This document shows positions 51,333-61,889 of a DNA stretch of 64,000 nucleotides, piece by piece. The DNA lies in contig CASGEC010000002.1 in the NCBI GenBank assembly GCA_949300365.1, positions 4,961-68,960 on the forward strand, written 5' to 3'. The notes beneath the pieces are model-generated. The model was not told where the DNA came from and made no database searches. It saw nothing but the letters and a program-made list of their open reading frames with translations. The DNA comes from an uncultured Bacillota bacterium. GTDB lineage: Bacteria > Bacillota_I > Bacilli_A > RFN20 > CAG-288. The position numbers and the translations under genes were made by a program. Numbering within the stretch: position 1 is the first letter of the stretch; every line of letters starts with the position of its first letter.

Positions 51333-54062
51333 ATGGAACTCAAGAACACGCTCGTCATGCCCAAGGGAAACTTCCCCATGCGGGCCAACCTGCCGACGAA
51401 GGAACCGACATTCGTCGAACGCTGGCAGAAGATTGGGCTTTATCAAAAGATGCTTGAAAACAGGGATGGCAAGAGGCCTTTCTACCTGCACGATGGTCCG
51501 CCTTATGCCAACAACGAGATCCACGCCGGACATGCCCTGAACAAGATCCTCAAGGACATGATCATCCGCTCCAAGAATCTCGAAGGGTATTATGTCCCCT
51601 ATACGCCGGGATGGGATTGCCACGGCCTTCCTATCGAGCTATGCGTCACAAAAAGCGGCGTCGACAGAAGGACGACACCGATTCCCGAATTCCGGAAGAA
51701 GTGCCACGACTATGCCCTCGGTCAGGTCGATCGGCAGCGAAAACAGATGCTCCGCCTTGGCCTTGTCGGCGACTATGAGCACCCCTATCTTACCCTGGAC
51801 AAGGTCTACGAGAGCCATCAGCTTGAGATCTTCAGGGACATGGCCCTTTCCGGACTGATCTACAAGGGCCTCAAGCCGGTCAACTGGTCCCCGTCAAGCG
51901 AATCCGCCCTTGCCGAGGCGGAGATCGAGTATCGGGATGTCACGGCCAAGACCATCTTCGTCCGCTTTGCCGTCAGGGAAGGAAACGCCCTTGTCCATGA
52001 AGGCGACTATTTCGTCATCTGGACGACGACCCCCTGGACCTTGCCGGCCAATCTCGCTATCTGCCTCAATCCAAAGTTCACCTATGGCCTTTACCATACC
52101 GAGAAGGGAAACCTGATCCTCCTGAAGGATCTTGCCCCGACGCTTAAGGAAAAGCTCCATCTGGAAACGATGGAGGAGATGAGGACGTTCCTTGGAAAGG
52201 ATGTCGAAGGCGTCAAGGCCAAGCATCCCTTCTATGACAGGGATTCCATCGTCATCGTCGATGACTATGTCACCAGCGACTCCGGAACCGGTTGCGTCCA
52301 TATCGCTCCGGGACACGGCGAGGATGACTATCGCGTCGGTAGGCAATACGGCCTTCCGCCTCTCTGCCCGGTCGACGAGAAGGGCTATATGACCAAAGAG
52401 GCCGGCGAAGAGCTTTCCGGTCTCTTCTATGAGGAAGCCAATGACAAGGTCATCGAGATTCTCAAGAACAACAAGAGCCTTCTTCTTGAGGAAGACATCG
52501 TCCACTCCTATCCCCACGACTGGCGGACGAAGAAGCCGACGATTTTCCGTGCGACCAAGCAGTGGTTCTGCTCCATCGACCGCATCAAGGACAAGCTTCT
52601 TTCCGAGGCCGAGAAGGTCTCCTTCATCCCCGGCTGGGGAAAGACAAGGCTGAAGAACATGCTGGCCAACAGGGATGACTGGTGCATCTCCCGTCAGCGT
52701 CTTTGGGGCGTGCCGATCCCGATCTTCTATGGCGAGGATGGCGAACCGCTTCTGGACAAGGTCCTCTTTGACCATGTGATCGACCTGGTTCGGCAATACG
52801 GCTCGGGAATCTGGTATGAAAGGGAAGCGAAGGATTTGATGCCGGAAGGCTATGTCTCTTCCCATTCCCCGCATGGCATCTTCACCAAGGAAAAGGACAT
52901 CATGGACGTCTGGTTTGATTCCGGATCCTCCTTCCTGGGTTCCGGCATCGCCTTGGGCCATCCTTTCCCGGCGGATGTCTATCTGGAGGGAAACGACCAA
53001 TACCGCGGATGGTACAACTCCTCGATGATCCTCTCCGTCGCAACCCGGGGCGAAAGACCCTATGAGCGGATCATCACCCACGGCTTCCTCGTCGACCAAA
53101 ACGGCGAGAAGTTCTCCAAGAGCAAGAAGAACGGCATCGATCCCGAGACGATCTGCCGCAACTTCGGAGCCGATATCCTGCGCCTGTGGACGACGACCAT
53201 CGACTATTCCACGGCCGAGATCAAGCTCTCCCATGAGCTTCTGAAGATCGTCAGCGACGAGTACCGCAAGATCCGCAACACCTTCAAGTTCATGCTGACG
53301 AACCTCCTTGACGACGATGAGGGCCATGGCTTTGGCCCGGCCTATGTCCCGGAAGACCTCTCCCTTGTCGACAGGCTCATCCTCAACCGTCTGAAGGAAG
53401 TCCTCTCCGACATGCGCCATTCCTATGACAACTACGAATTTTCCAAGGCAAGCGATGCTTTGACCAATTTCCTCATCAACGACCTCTCCTCCTTCTATCT
53501 CGATTTCAGCAAGGATACGCTCTATTGCGAGAAGAAGGATTCCACAAAGCGCCGGAATTGCCAATATGTCCTCTTTGCCATCGTCAAGAGCCTTGCTATC
53601 GCCCTCTCTCCCATCCTTCCCTTCACCTGCGAGGAAATCTACGACACCCTCGCCCTGAAGGACAGGAAGGAAAGTATCGCCCTTGAGGACTATCCGGACC
53701 TCGGAAAGGTCGACGAGACCCTCAGCCAGCAATACCGCACCCTTCTTGCTGTCCGCGCCAAGGTCAATCTCCTTCTGGAGCCCGTCCGCAAGGATGGTGT
53801 TATCGGTTCCTCCAGCGAAGCCGATGTCACCTATGTTCCCAGCGATGATGCCGAAAAGGCTCTCCTCGAGGCGTTGGGCGAAAAGGAATGCGCCCGTATC
53901 TTCATCGTCTCCGGCTTCCATCTCGGAACGCAGGCACAGGCCATCAAGCATTCCGGTGTCCGTTGCGACCGCTGCTGGAACTACTTCGATGACTGCACCG
54001 AGGTCGAGGGAAACCACCTCTGCCCGCGCTGCTTGGATGCCATCAAGGCGGAGGGAAACTGA
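51333..54062 (+). CDS. ileS: isoleucyl-tRNA synthetase
   Basis: HIGH motif (NNEIHAGHAL), KMSKS (KFSKSKKN) and a C-terminal Zn cluster (CDRCW..CPRC). Start ATG 51333 after AAGGAGG. Confidence 0.96.
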   Translation: MELKNTLVMPKGNFPMRANLPTKEPTFVERWQKIGLYQKMLENRDGKRPFYLHDGPPYANNEIHAGHALNKILKDMIIRSKNLEGYYVPYTPGWDCHGLPIELCVTKSGVDRRTTPIPEFRKKCHDYALGQVDRQRKQMLRLGLVGDYEHPYLTLDKVYESHQLEIFRDMALSGLIYKGLKPVNWSPSSESALAEAEIEYRDVTAKTIFVRFAVREGNALVHEGDYFVIWTTTPWTLPANLAICLNPKFTYGLYHTEKGNLILLKDLAPTLKEKLHLETMEEMRTFLGKDVEGVKAKHPFYDRDSIVIVDDYVTSDSGTGCVHIAPGHGEDDYRVGRQYGLPPLCPVDEKGYMTKEAGEELSGLFYEEANDKVIEILKNNKSLLLEEDIVHSYPHDWRTKKPTIFRATKQWFCSIDRIKDKLLSEAEKVSFIPGWGKTRLKNMLANRDDWCISRQRLWGVPIPIFYGEDGEPLLDKVLFDHVIDLVRQYGSGIWYEREAKDLMPEGYVSSHSPHGIFTKEKDIMDVWFDSGSSFLGSGIALGHPFPADVYLEGNDQYRGWYNSSMILSVATRGERPYERIITHGFLVDQNGEKFSKSKKNGIDPETICRNFGADILRLWTTTIDYSTAEIKLSHELLKIVSDEYRKIRNTFKFMLTNLLDDDEGHGFGPAYVPEDLSLVDRLILNRLKEVLSDMRHSYDNYEFSKASDALTNFLINDLSSFYLDFSKDTLYCEKKDSTKRRNCQYVLFAIVKSLAIALSPILPFTCEEIYDTLALKDRKESIALEDYPDLGKVDETLSQQYRTLLAVRAKVNLLLEPVRKDGVIGSSSEADVTYVPSDDAEKALLEALGEKECARIFIVSGFHLGTQAQAIKHSGVRCDRCWNYFDDCTEVEGNHLCPRCLDAIKAEGN

Positions 54063-54063
54063 C

Positions 54064-54717
54064 GTGTCCTTCCTTGAAAGCCTCAAGAAGGAATTCAAGG
54101 CGAACATGAAGAGGGAACATATCCCCCTTTACTTTGCCTTCATCGGAATCCTCCTCTGGCTTCTTGTCTTTGATGTCCTCAGCAAGTACTTTGCCTTCCA
54201 TAACCTTCAGCCAGGCGTCTATGTCACGGCCATCCCCTACCTCTTTGACTTCACCCTGACCTTCAACAAAGGGGCGGCCTGGGGATCCCTGGAGAACCAG
54301 AAATGGCTTCTGACGACGATATCCCTTCTTGCCGGGACGGGTGTCCTTCTTTTCTACCTCATCAAGTTCCATTCCCTGCCGAGAGTGGTCTCCTTCTGCC
54401 TGATCCTGATCGTCGCCGGGGCCTATGGGAACCTCGTCGACCGGATCGGCTATTGGGCGGGGCTTGGCATCTACAAGGAAGGCGTCATCGACTTCATCCA
54501 CTTCGCCTTCTGGAAGACCTTCCCCATCTTCAACCTTGCCGATAGCTATCTTGTGGTCGGTATCTTCCTGCTTCTTGTCTACTACCTGGCGGCGATGATT
54601 CGGGATAGCACGAGGAAGAAGGAAAAGAACAAGGAAAAGACAGACGATTCCGAGGAACTCAAGGACCTCGTCCGCAAACACGAAGACAAGGAGAACGACG
54701 ATGGAAAACAACTTTGA
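54064..54717 (+). CDS. lspA: lipoprotein signal peptidase II
   Basis: Motifs NKGAAWG and IFNLADS. GTG 54064 follows GGAGGG with 8-nt spacing; an alternative ATG is at 54106. Long charged C-terminal tail. Confidence 0.85.
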   Translation: MSFLESLKKEFKANMKREHIPLYFAFIGILLWLLVFDVLSKYFAFHNLQPGVYVTAIPYLFDFTLTFNKGAAWGSLENQKWLLTTISLLAGTGVLLFYLIKFHSLPRVVSFCLILIVAGAYGNLVDRIGYWAGLGIYKEGVIDFIHFAFWKTFPIFNLADSYLVVGIFLLLVYYLAAMIRDSTRKKEKNKEKTDDSEELKDLVRKHEDKENDDGKQL

Positions 54718-55615
54718 CAATAAAGAGAAAGGACGGCTCGACCAGGTCGTCGCTTCCCTCACTGATCTCTCCCGCAGCCAGGCCAGCAAGGCCATCAAGA
54801 ACGGCGAGATCCTCGTCGATGGCAAGGAAGAAAGGCGCGCCTCCTTCCTGCTTGTGGGCGGGGAGAAGATTTCCTATTTCCCCAAGGAGAAGGAAAAGCC
54901 GACCTTCCAGGTCCCGGAGGATGACTACCGTCTGGACTTCCTCTACAAGGACCAGGATGTCGCCGTCGTCAACAAGCCCCGGGGAATGGTCGTCCATCCA
55001 GCTCCCGGCCATCACGATGACACGCTTGTGAACTACCTCTTCAAGGAAGAGGCGGATTTCGACTTCGATATCGAGGACAGCGAAAACGTCCGCCCGGGCA
55101 TCGTCCACCGCATCGACAAGGATACTTCCGGCCTTCTTGCCGTCGCCATGAACGAGAAGAGCCAGTCCCTTCTCCAGAAGGAGATCCGCGACCACGCCTT
55201 CCACAGGATCTATCTGGCTCTCTGCGAGGGACAGGTCCGGGACCGTCTTTTCCGGGTCGATGCCCCGCTTACAAAGCCAAACCACAGCCAAAGGAAGGCC
55301 CTTGTCGATCCCTACAAGGGAAAGGAAGCCGTCACCCACTTTGCCACCCTCTCTTCCAACGAAAAGGTCTCCCTTCTTCTCTGCCGTCTGGATACGGGAA
55401 GGACGCATCAGATCCGCGCCCATCTTGCCTATATCGGCCATCCGCTCGTCGGTGATTCCCTGTATTCGAGAAAGCGGTTCCAAATCGCGGATCAGGGCCA
55501 GTGCCTCCACGCCTTCTCCTTGTCCTTCCTCCATCCTTCTTCGCTGAAGCGGATGACTTTCTACGCGCCTCTTGATGACTACATGAAGAAGGTTCTGCGT
55601 TATTTCTTCGCCTGA
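54701..55615 (+). CDS. rluD: RluA-family 23S rRNA pseudouridine synthase (RluD-like)
   Basis: S4 domain N-terminus and catalytic HRIDKDTSGLL. Confidence 0.9.
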   Translation: MENNFDNKEKGRLDQVVASLTDLSRSQASKAIKNGEILVDGKEERRASFLLVGGEKISYFPKEKEKPTFQVPEDDYRLDFLYKDQDVAVVNKPRGMVVHPAPGHHDDTLVNYLFKEEADFDFDIEDSENVRPGIVHRIDKDTSGLLAVAMNEKSQSLLQKEIRDHAFHRIYLALCEGQVRDRLFRVDAPLTKPNHSQRKALVDPYKGKEAVTHFATLSSNEKVSLLLCRLDTGRTHQIRAHLAYIGHPLVGDSLYSRKRFQIADQGQCLHAFSLSFLHPSSLKRMTFYAPLDDYMKKVLRYFFA

Positions 55616-55621
55616 TAAAAA

Positions 55622-55660
55622 GGCCGCTTCCTACTTGGCGGGAGCGGCCTCTTTCTTTTG
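55622..55660. terminator. bidirectional terminator between rluD and the convergent small gene
   Basis: GGCCGCTTCC / GGGAGCGGCC hairpin (55622-55649) flanked by an A-run upstream and TCTTTCTTTT downstream. Confidence 0.5.
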
Positions 55661-56035
55661 GTTTTCGTCCGTCTGGACGTCGTCGACGATCTCGATCTTG
55701 GTCACGTTGTTGAGCTTGGGCGGATATTCCAGGCTCACCGTGCCATCGTAGGTGATGCGCAGGGTATCGCCATCCTTGATGTCGGAAAGCCGTACTTCTT
55801 CCTTCTTTCGATAGGCGTGCGTGTTCTTCGGATCGACGTCGAAGGTGTAGAGATAGTCTTCCGTTCCGGTGGCGGTGACGGCGAGGGTGAAGAGGTTGTT
55901 GATGTTCTGGTAGCGGCCCTCGATCATGTATTCGCTGGATTTCTCGATTTCGAGGTTGTGGAGGCTTTCGTTCTCCTCCTGGTCCTTCCCGAATCCCGAG
56001 ACGAGGCTCAGGGCGGCGAATAGAAAGGTCTTCAT
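55631..56035 (-). CDS. small secreted protein, unknown function
   Basis: Start ATG 56035 after AAGGAGG. N-terminal signal-like MKTFLFAALSLVSGFG. Confidence 0.55.
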   Translation of the reverse strand: MKTFLFAALSLVSGFGKDQEENESLHNLEIEKSSEYMIEGRYQNINNLFTLAVTATGTEDYLYTFDVDPKNTHAYRKKEEVRLSDIKDGDTLRITYDGTVSLEYPPKLNNVTKIEIVDDVQTDENQKKEAAPAK

Positions 56036-56070
56036 CCCATCACCTCCTTTACGAGGATTATAAGCGAGAC

Positions 56071-57027
56071 TCACGCCTTTTTGTAGTTGCGGAAGAACTT
56101 TTTGACGTGGAAGGAGACCTTTTCCTCACCCAGCTCCTTGACCAAAAGGGAGTAGGTGCGGTCGACCGTGGCCGAGGCACCCTTGGGAATCTTCCTTCCG
56201 AGCTCCTCCTCCATCTTCTGCCATTCCTTGAGGAAGAGATAGCGGGCGATAACCGAACTGAGGGCAACGGAGGGAAAGAAGGATTCGGCGCGCGTCCTGA
56301 AATACAGGGGATTCTTGACGATATCCCTTCCCACGTGCTTCCGATAGAGGGACTCCTCCTCGAACTGGTCGACGTAGACGAGGATATCCTCCTCTAGGCC
56401 ATAGCGCTCCATGAGCCTTTCCTGGGCGAGGTTGTGGCACTTTGCCATCACCTTGTGGATGTTCATCCCTTGGTCGACAAGGCGGCTGAGCTTGTCCGGG
56501 GAGACGAGGACCGAATAGCAGGCGCTCTTCCTCTGCAGACCTTCCCCGATGGCGAGGATGGAATCGTCGGACATCTTCTTGGAATCGTCCACGCCCAGGG
56601 CCTGAAGCATGCCGATGTCCTTTTTGGTGACATAACTTGCCACGACGATGAGCGGACCGAAGAAATCCCCGACCCCGACCTCATCGCTTCCTATCTGTCT
56701 GGAAAGATCGTCCCATCGTGAAGAGGGAGAGCGCTCTTCCGTGATTGGGTTATCGACACCGCGGGTGACGGTGACGTCCTTTGAGAACTGCATCGCCTCG
56801 TCGATTGCTTCCTCGTTTCCGGAAAAGACGATGGAATAGATTTCCTTGCGGTTTCGATAGGCGTGGATCGTCGTCCTTCCCTTTTTGCACTGGAAGAAGT
56901 CATAGGGATGAAGAGGATCCTTTATCTCTTCGGCGGAATAGAACTCGCGGATTTCCTGGGCCTTTGCCAGGCTGACCTTGATCTTGGCGTATATCAATGC
57001 GTTGACCTCACAGAGAAAATATAGCAC
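56071..57027 (-). CDS. rnhC: ribonuclease HIII
   Basis: GSDEVGVGDFFGPL catalytic motif and DDSKK. The start may be TTG 56997 rather than ATG 57027. Confidence 0.88.
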   Translation of the reverse strand: MLYFLCEVNALIYAKIKVSLAKAQEIREFYSAEEIKDPLHPYDFFQCKKGRTTIHAYRNRKEIYSIVFSGNEEAIDEAMQFSKDVTVTRGVDNPITEERSPSSRWDDLSRQIGSDEVGVGDFFGPLIVVASYVTKKDIGMLQALGVDDSKKMSDDSILAIGEGLQRKSACYSVLVSPDKLSRLVDQGMNIHKVMAKCHNLAQERLMERYGLEEDILVYVDQFEEESLYRKHVGRDIVKNPLYFRTRAESFFPSVALSSVIARYLFLKEWQKMEEELGRKIPKGASATVDRTYSLLVKELGEEKVSFHVKKFFRNYKKA

Positions 57028-57047
57028 ACAGGAAAGGCCTCCTGTTG

Positions 57048-57056
57048 TGCTAAAAT
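57048..57056 (+). promoter_or_regulatory. extended -10 TGcTAAAAT, 9 nt before the mutS2 ATG (leaderless or very short leader)
   Basis: No SD lies between 57057 and 57065. Confidence 0.4.
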
Positions 57057-57065
57057 CATATACCT

Positions 57066-59387
57066 ATGGAAGACACGAAACTTCTTGAGGAAATCCGCGC
57101 TATCGTCTTAAGGCTCACGGCCTATTTTGCGACCGAGGCAATGCGGAAGGACTTTTCCTTCGAATCGATGAAGGCCAAAAGCGAGGACGAGCTTTCCCTC
57201 ATGCATGAATACCTCGGGGAATGCGACAGGCTCCTTCATGCCGGAGAGAAACCAGCCCTTCCATCCCTTATCGACCTTTCGAAGGCCTTTTCGGACCTGG
57301 ACAAGGGAATGTCTTTGGGCACCAGGGAACTCTCCTCCATCCTCGACCTTCTCCACGGCAGCCGGGATATCCGCAACGCCCTATCCGACAAGAGGGACTA
57401 TTTCCGCCTGAGCGAGGATAGCTACCTGATCGATCCCTTGGACTTCCTTGCCCGCGACTTGGAGCGCTCCCTTTCCGATGACGGGACGATTGCCGATACG
57501 GCTAGCGCCAAGCTTCATGAAATAAGGAACGAGATCGCCCGCATGGAAAAGACACTCGCCTCGGCCATGCAGTCCTACCTCGCCCGCTATTCCCGCTACC
57601 TCACTTCCGAAAGCGTCACCCTCAAGGGCGGGGACGAAGCCCTTCCTGTCCGCACTTCCGACAAGGGAAACGTCCGCGGGACCATCGTCGGCTATTCGGC
57701 AACGAGGGAGACCGTCTATATGGTTCCCTATGAAGTCATCGACATGCGAAACAAGCTCCTCTCCCTTCACCAGGACGAGAGCGAGGAAGTCCTGAGGATC
57801 CTTGCCGAGCTCTCCTCAAAGTGTGCCAAGGAACTGGATGCCATCCGCCGGGACTATGCGATCGTCGAACGCTTCGACCGCTACTTTGGCGCGGCCTCCT
57901 TTGGACAGGCCTATGACGGAACGATCGCCGAGCTTTCCCAGGACGAGCTCAGCCTGGAAAGCTTCTTCCATCCGCTCTTGACAGGTGGGAAAGTTATCGC
58001 CAATAGCCTCTCCTTGGGAAAGGACAAGCCGATGATCCTTCTTATCGCCGGTCCCAATGCCGGTGGCAAGTCCGTCCTCATCCGGGCGGTCGGCCTAAGT
58101 GTCCTCATGGATCGGATGGGACTCTTCATCCCTGCCCATGGCGGAGGAAGGATTCCCTTTATCGGCGATGTCTTTTATCTCGGTGGCGACAACCAGTCGG
58201 TTCTGGACAATCTCTCCACCTTCTCAAGCCACCTTCTGGGCATCAAGGAAATCACCGACAAGGCAAAAAGGGATAGTCTTGTCATCATCGACGAGGTCGG
58301 CGAAGGAACCTCCCCTCGGGATGGCGAGGCTCTGGGCGTCGGCCTGATAGAGTTCTTCAAGCGCCTTTCCGCTTTCACCCTATTGACCTCCCATTTCGAT
58401 GGGGTGAAGAACTTTGCCCTGGAGGATCCTTCCGTTCTTTCCGGAGCGATGGAATTCGATCGGGAGAACCTGGCACCGACCTATCGTCTCCTATTGGGGA
58501 CGACGGGAAATTCCTATGGCCTTCTTCTTGCCAGGAAGATGGGACTCAAGGAGGAGATCCTCAAGGATGCCAAGAGCTACCAGGATTCCCTTTCCACAAG
58601 GGACGTCGATGCCCTGATGGAACAGGTCAGCGCCGAAAAGAGCGAGCTCGAGAAGAAAATCCAGGCCGTCGACCGGAAGAGCCAGGAACTGGAAAGGCTC
58701 ATCCGCAAGAGACAGGAGCAGATCCAGGCCATCAACGAGGAAAAGGGAAACATCCACCGCAAGGCCAAGGAGAAGATCGACCGCCTCGTCCAGAAGCGCA
58801 TAGAGGAAATCGACCGGGCCTTCAAGGAACAGAAGGTGCCCCAGAAATACTCCGAGGTCAGCAAGGCCAAGGGCGAACTCAACAAGATCCTCAACGAGGA
58901 AGAAAAGGCTCCCCAGACGAAAGCTATGGAAACCATCTCCGTTTCGATTGGGGACGATGTCTTGGATGAGGATAACCGCCGCGGAAAGATCGTCGAGGTT
59001 AGGAAGGATAGCTGCACGGTGGATTACGATGGCCTGAAGATCCGCCGCAAGATCCTCGGCCTGAAAAAGGCCGGCAAGGAGCAAAAGCCCGTCCGCAAGA
59101 AGGAATACGTCGAGACGGTCCACCTCGATCTGACCCCTTCCAAGGGCCTGGAACTCAATATCATCGGCCTCCATGTCGACGAGGCGATGCGGGAAGTCGT
59201 TTCCTTCCTCGACTCGGCACGGCTGCGGAAATTCGGCCATGTGCGCATCATTCATGGTGCCGGCACCTTTGCCCTGAAGAACGCTCTCTGGAAGTATCTT
59301 TCCAACCATCCGGAATTCGTCCGCTCCTATCGCCTCGGTCAGGAAGGAGAAGGTGGCCTTGGCGCGACCATCGTGGAACTGAAGTGA
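57066..59387 (+). CDS. mutS2: endonuclease MutS2
   Basis: Walker A GPNAGGKS, DEVGEGTSP and a C-terminal Smr domain (LNIIGLHVDEA..IIHGAGT). Confidence 0.93.
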   Translation: MEDTKLLEEIRAIVLRLTAYFATEAMRKDFSFESMKAKSEDELSLMHEYLGECDRLLHAGEKPALPSLIDLSKAFSDLDKGMSLGTRELSSILDLLHGSRDIRNALSDKRDYFRLSEDSYLIDPLDFLARDLERSLSDDGTIADTASAKLHEIRNEIARMEKTLASAMQSYLARYSRYLTSESVTLKGGDEALPVRTSDKGNVRGTIVGYSATRETVYMVPYEVIDMRNKLLSLHQDESEEVLRILAELSSKCAKELDAIRRDYAIVERFDRYFGAASFGQAYDGTIAELSQDELSLESFFHPLLTGGKVIANSLSLGKDKPMILLIAGPNAGGKSVLIRAVGLSVLMDRMGLFIPAHGGGRIPFIGDVFYLGGDNQSVLDNLSTFSSHLLGIKEITDKAKRDSLVIIDEVGEGTSPRDGEALGVGLIEFFKRLSAFTLLTSHFDGVKNFALEDPSVLSGAMEFDRENLAPTYRLLLGTTGNSYGLLLARKMGLKEEILKDAKSYQDSLSTRDVDALMEQVSAEKSELEKKIQAVDRKSQELERLIRKRQEQIQAINEEKGNIHRKAKEKIDRLVQKRIEEIDRAFKEQKVPQKYSEVSKAKGELNKILNEEEKAPQTKAMETISVSIGDDVLDEDNRRGKIVEVRKDSCTVDYDGLKIRRKILGLKKAGKEQKPVRKKEYVETVHLDLTPSKGLELNIIGLHVDEAMREVVSFLDSARLRKFGHVRIIHGAGTFALKNALWKYLSNHPEFVRSYRLGQEGEGGLGATIVELK

Positions 59388-61186
59388 ATCCTCTGGACAA
59401 TCCGCTCCTCCGGCAGAAGATCTCCCTCCTTCCCGACAAGCCGGGATCCTATCAGATGAAGGACAAGGACGGGACGATCATTTACGTTGGCAAGGCAAAA
59501 AGCCTTCTCAAGCGCGTGAAGCAGTATTTCACAAGGCCCCAAAGAGGCAAGGTCATGCGCATGGTGATGGAGGTCAACGATTTCGACATCATCGAGACGC
59601 AGACGGAAAAGGAAGCCCTCCTCCTTGAGATTTCCCTCATCCACAAATACTATCCCAAATACAACATCATGCTCATGGACGACCGGATGTATCCCTATAT
59701 CGCCCTGAGAAAGGAAGGCGATCCCTATCTCAAGATCGCCCGCTCCGACAAGGAGAAAGGATACTACTATTTCGGTCCCTATCCCAACAGCTCCATGGCC
59801 TACAAGATCATCGACCTTCTTAACCGCATCTATCCTCTCAGAAAGTGCCGGAACATCCCCACAAAGCCCTGTCTTTACTATCACCTCGGCCAGTGCCTTG
59901 CTCCCTGCATCCGGAAGATCCCAAAGGAAGAATACGCCGGCATGGTCGAGGGCATCCTCCGCTTCCTCAAGGGCGACAAGAAGGCGGTCGAGTCCTCCCT
60001 CAAGGCGAAGATGGAAGAGTATTCCAAGAACATGGAGTTCGAAAAGGCCAAGGATGTGCGCGATGTCCTTCTTGCCATCGACAACATCACCTCCAGGCAG
60101 AAGATCATGTTCGAGGACCATGTCGACCGGGACGTTGTTTCCTATGCCATCCGCGAAGGCTATATCTGCGTTGTGTTTCTTCTTTATCGAAAGGGAGTGC
60201 TTCTGGGAAAGAACAGCTATGTCGAGGAGATCGAGGACGATATCGACGAGTTTCTGGAGAACATCATCGTTCAGTTCTATGCCAACCATCCCCATCCTAA
60301 GGAACTCATCGTCCCCAATGTCTCCATGTGCGAGGTCTTGACCTCGGCCCTGGGCTTTTCCTGCACCTCACCGACCAGGGGAAAAAGAAAGGACCTTCTC
60401 TCCCTTGCCCTTGAAAACGCCCGCCAGATGCTTGACGAACACTTCCAGACGGCCCGGCTTACCGATGACGTCCTTGCCCTCCTTGAGGAACTCAAAACGA
60501 AGCTGGGTCTGAAAAAGACGCCCTTGGACATCGAGCTCTACGACAACTCCCACACGATGGGCTATGAATGCGTCGGGGCGATGGTGAAGTATATCAACGG
60601 CGAGAAGGCACCCCAGCTCTATCGCAAGTACCGCATCCGCCAGGAGAACAAGGCAGACGATCTTGCCTCCATGCACGAGGTCCTGCTCAGGCGCTTTACA
60701 AGGCTGAAGGAGGAGAAGGCAAAGCTTCCGGACCTGATCATCGTCGATGGCGGGCTCAACCAATGCATGGTCGCCCTCAAGGCCAAGGAAGAGGCCGGTG
60801 TCGATATTCCGATTGCCGGCCTTGCCAAGAACGACAAGCATGAGACGGATACGCTTATCAATGCCGACACGGGCGAGGAAATCCCCCTTGAGCGAAACGC
60901 GCCGCTCTTCTTCCTTCTCATGCGCATGCAGGATGAGGTCCACCGCTATGCCATCACCTTCCACCGCTCCCTCAGGGCCAAGGACAAGTACAAGACGATC
61001 TATGACGATATCGAGGGCATCGGAAAGAAGAGGAAGGACATCCTTCTCTCCCTCTATCCGACCGTCGACTCCCTCAAGGGCGTCAGCGTGAAGGAACTGC
61101 TCCAGGTCGTGCCCGAGAGAAGCGCGCAGCTGATCTTGCAGAAGCGGGATGAATTCTTCGCATCCCCGGAAAGGAAAGAAAAATGA
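59384..61186 (+). CDS. uvrC: excinuclease ABC subunit C
   Basis: GIY-YIG (GSYQMKD..IIYVGKAKSL), a UvrBC-interaction region and a C-terminal HhH. The GTG start overlaps the mutS2 TGA. Confidence 0.94.
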   Translation: MNPLDNPLLRQKISLLPDKPGSYQMKDKDGTIIYVGKAKSLLKRVKQYFTRPQRGKVMRMVMEVNDFDIIETQTEKEALLLEISLIHKYYPKYNIMLMDDRMYPYIALRKEGDPYLKIARSDKEKGYYYFGPYPNSSMAYKIIDLLNRIYPLRKCRNIPTKPCLYYHLGQCLAPCIRKIPKEEYAGMVEGILRFLKGDKKAVESSLKAKMEEYSKNMEFEKAKDVRDVLLAIDNITSRQKIMFEDHVDRDVVSYAIREGYICVVFLLYRKGVLLGKNSYVEEIEDDIDEFLENIIVQFYANHPHPKELIVPNVSMCEVLTSALGFSCTSPTRGKRKDLLSLALENARQMLDEHFQTARLTDDVLALLEELKTKLGLKKTPLDIELYDNSHTMGYECVGAMVKYINGEKAPQLYRKYRIRQENKADDLASMHEVLLRRFTRLKEEKAKLPDLIIVDGGLNQCMVALKAKEEAGVDIPIAGLAKNDKHETDTLINADTGEEIPLERNAPLFFLLMRMQDEVHRYAITFHRSLRAKDKYKTIYDDIEGIGKKRKDILLSLYPTVDSLKGVSVKELLQVVPERSAQLILQKRDEFFASPERKEK

Positions 61187-61791
61187 GAAAGCTCTTGAAA
61201 AATGGAACGAACATCCTCCTTCTTGTCTTCCCACCTTTGCTTCTTGCCCTTTTCGCCGCCCCGGAAAGCCGGTATGGGATCCTCTCCCAGATCGGGATGC
61301 TTCAAAGCGCCAGCGAGAACCTTTTCCTGAGCGTCCTTTCCCTGTCCACCCTTTTCGAGATCCTTCTTTTCTGCCTCCTCTTCATCCTCGGCCTTCTTCT
61401 TCTCCTTCTTGTCGACAGAAGCTACAACCGGCACTTCCTTGCAATCCTCAACGGTATCCTTGTCTCCTTCCTCTTCCTTCTTGCCATCCTGAGCCTCTCC
61501 TGTCTTTTCCTTTCGGGAATGGGAAAGGCCGGAAACATCGTCTCCTTTGTCTTCTCCTTCCTTTTCCTTGCTCTCTATTGGATCGCGTTCTTCTTCCAGG
61601 AAAAGGAATACCACGTCCTTGTTGAGGAAAGCCAAAAGGAAGAAGAGAGAGAAGAAGACGAACGACTGAAAAAGAAGGCGGAAATCCGAAGCAAGCTAAA
61701 CGATCTCTACAAGAGAGGATCCCTTCCCAAGGAAGAATACGAAGACCTTGTCGACAAACTGGAAGGAAGGAAAAAGGACGAGAACGAATAA
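61183..61791 (+). CDS. membrane protein with C-terminal SHOCT-like motif
   Basis: Four hydrophobic helices, then KLNDLYKRGSLPKEEYEDLVDKL. Confidence 0.6.
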   Translation: MRKLLKNGTNILLLVFPPLLLALFAAPESRYGILSQIGMLQSASENLFLSVLSLSTLFEILLFCLLFILGLLLLLLVDRSYNRHFLAILNGILVSFLFLLAILSLSCLFLSGMGKAGNIVSFVFSFLFLALYWIAFFFQEKEYHVLVEESQKEEEREEDERLKKKAEIRSKLNDLYKRGSLPKEEYEDLVDKLEGRKKDENE

Positions 61792-61836
61792 GAAACAAGG
61801 AAGGCTTTTAAGGCCTCTCCGGCACGATAAAAACGC

Positions 61837-61865
61837 TTGAAATCCTCAAGGGGAAGGCGTATACT
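61837..61865 (+). promoter_or_regulatory. tRNA-Pro promoter TTGAAA-17-TATACT
   Basis: Hexamers at 61837-61842 and 61860-61865. Confidence 0.55.
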
Positions 61866-61889
61866 TTCTTAGCCTATGATGTAGGCGCT

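Noticed and set aside
51894-54107. Very long antisense ORFs opposite housekeeping genes. Examples: 737 aa opposite ileS, 637 aa opposite pcrA (1195..3108), 553 aa opposite gatA, 499 aa opposite gatB, 725 aa opposite the lipoprotein gene, 541 aa opposite the ABC gene and 446 aa opposite cas9 (33981..35321).
   Set aside because: Each one I checked is in the codon-aligned reverse frame of the real gene (for example 3108-1066, 54107-51333 and 35321-32796 all give remainder 2 modulo 3). In that frame, stops arise only from sense TTA, CTA or TCA codons, which this genome avoids. The translated products are low-complexity (G/D/L/V/E-rich) with no motifs. These are shadow ORFs, not overlapping genes.
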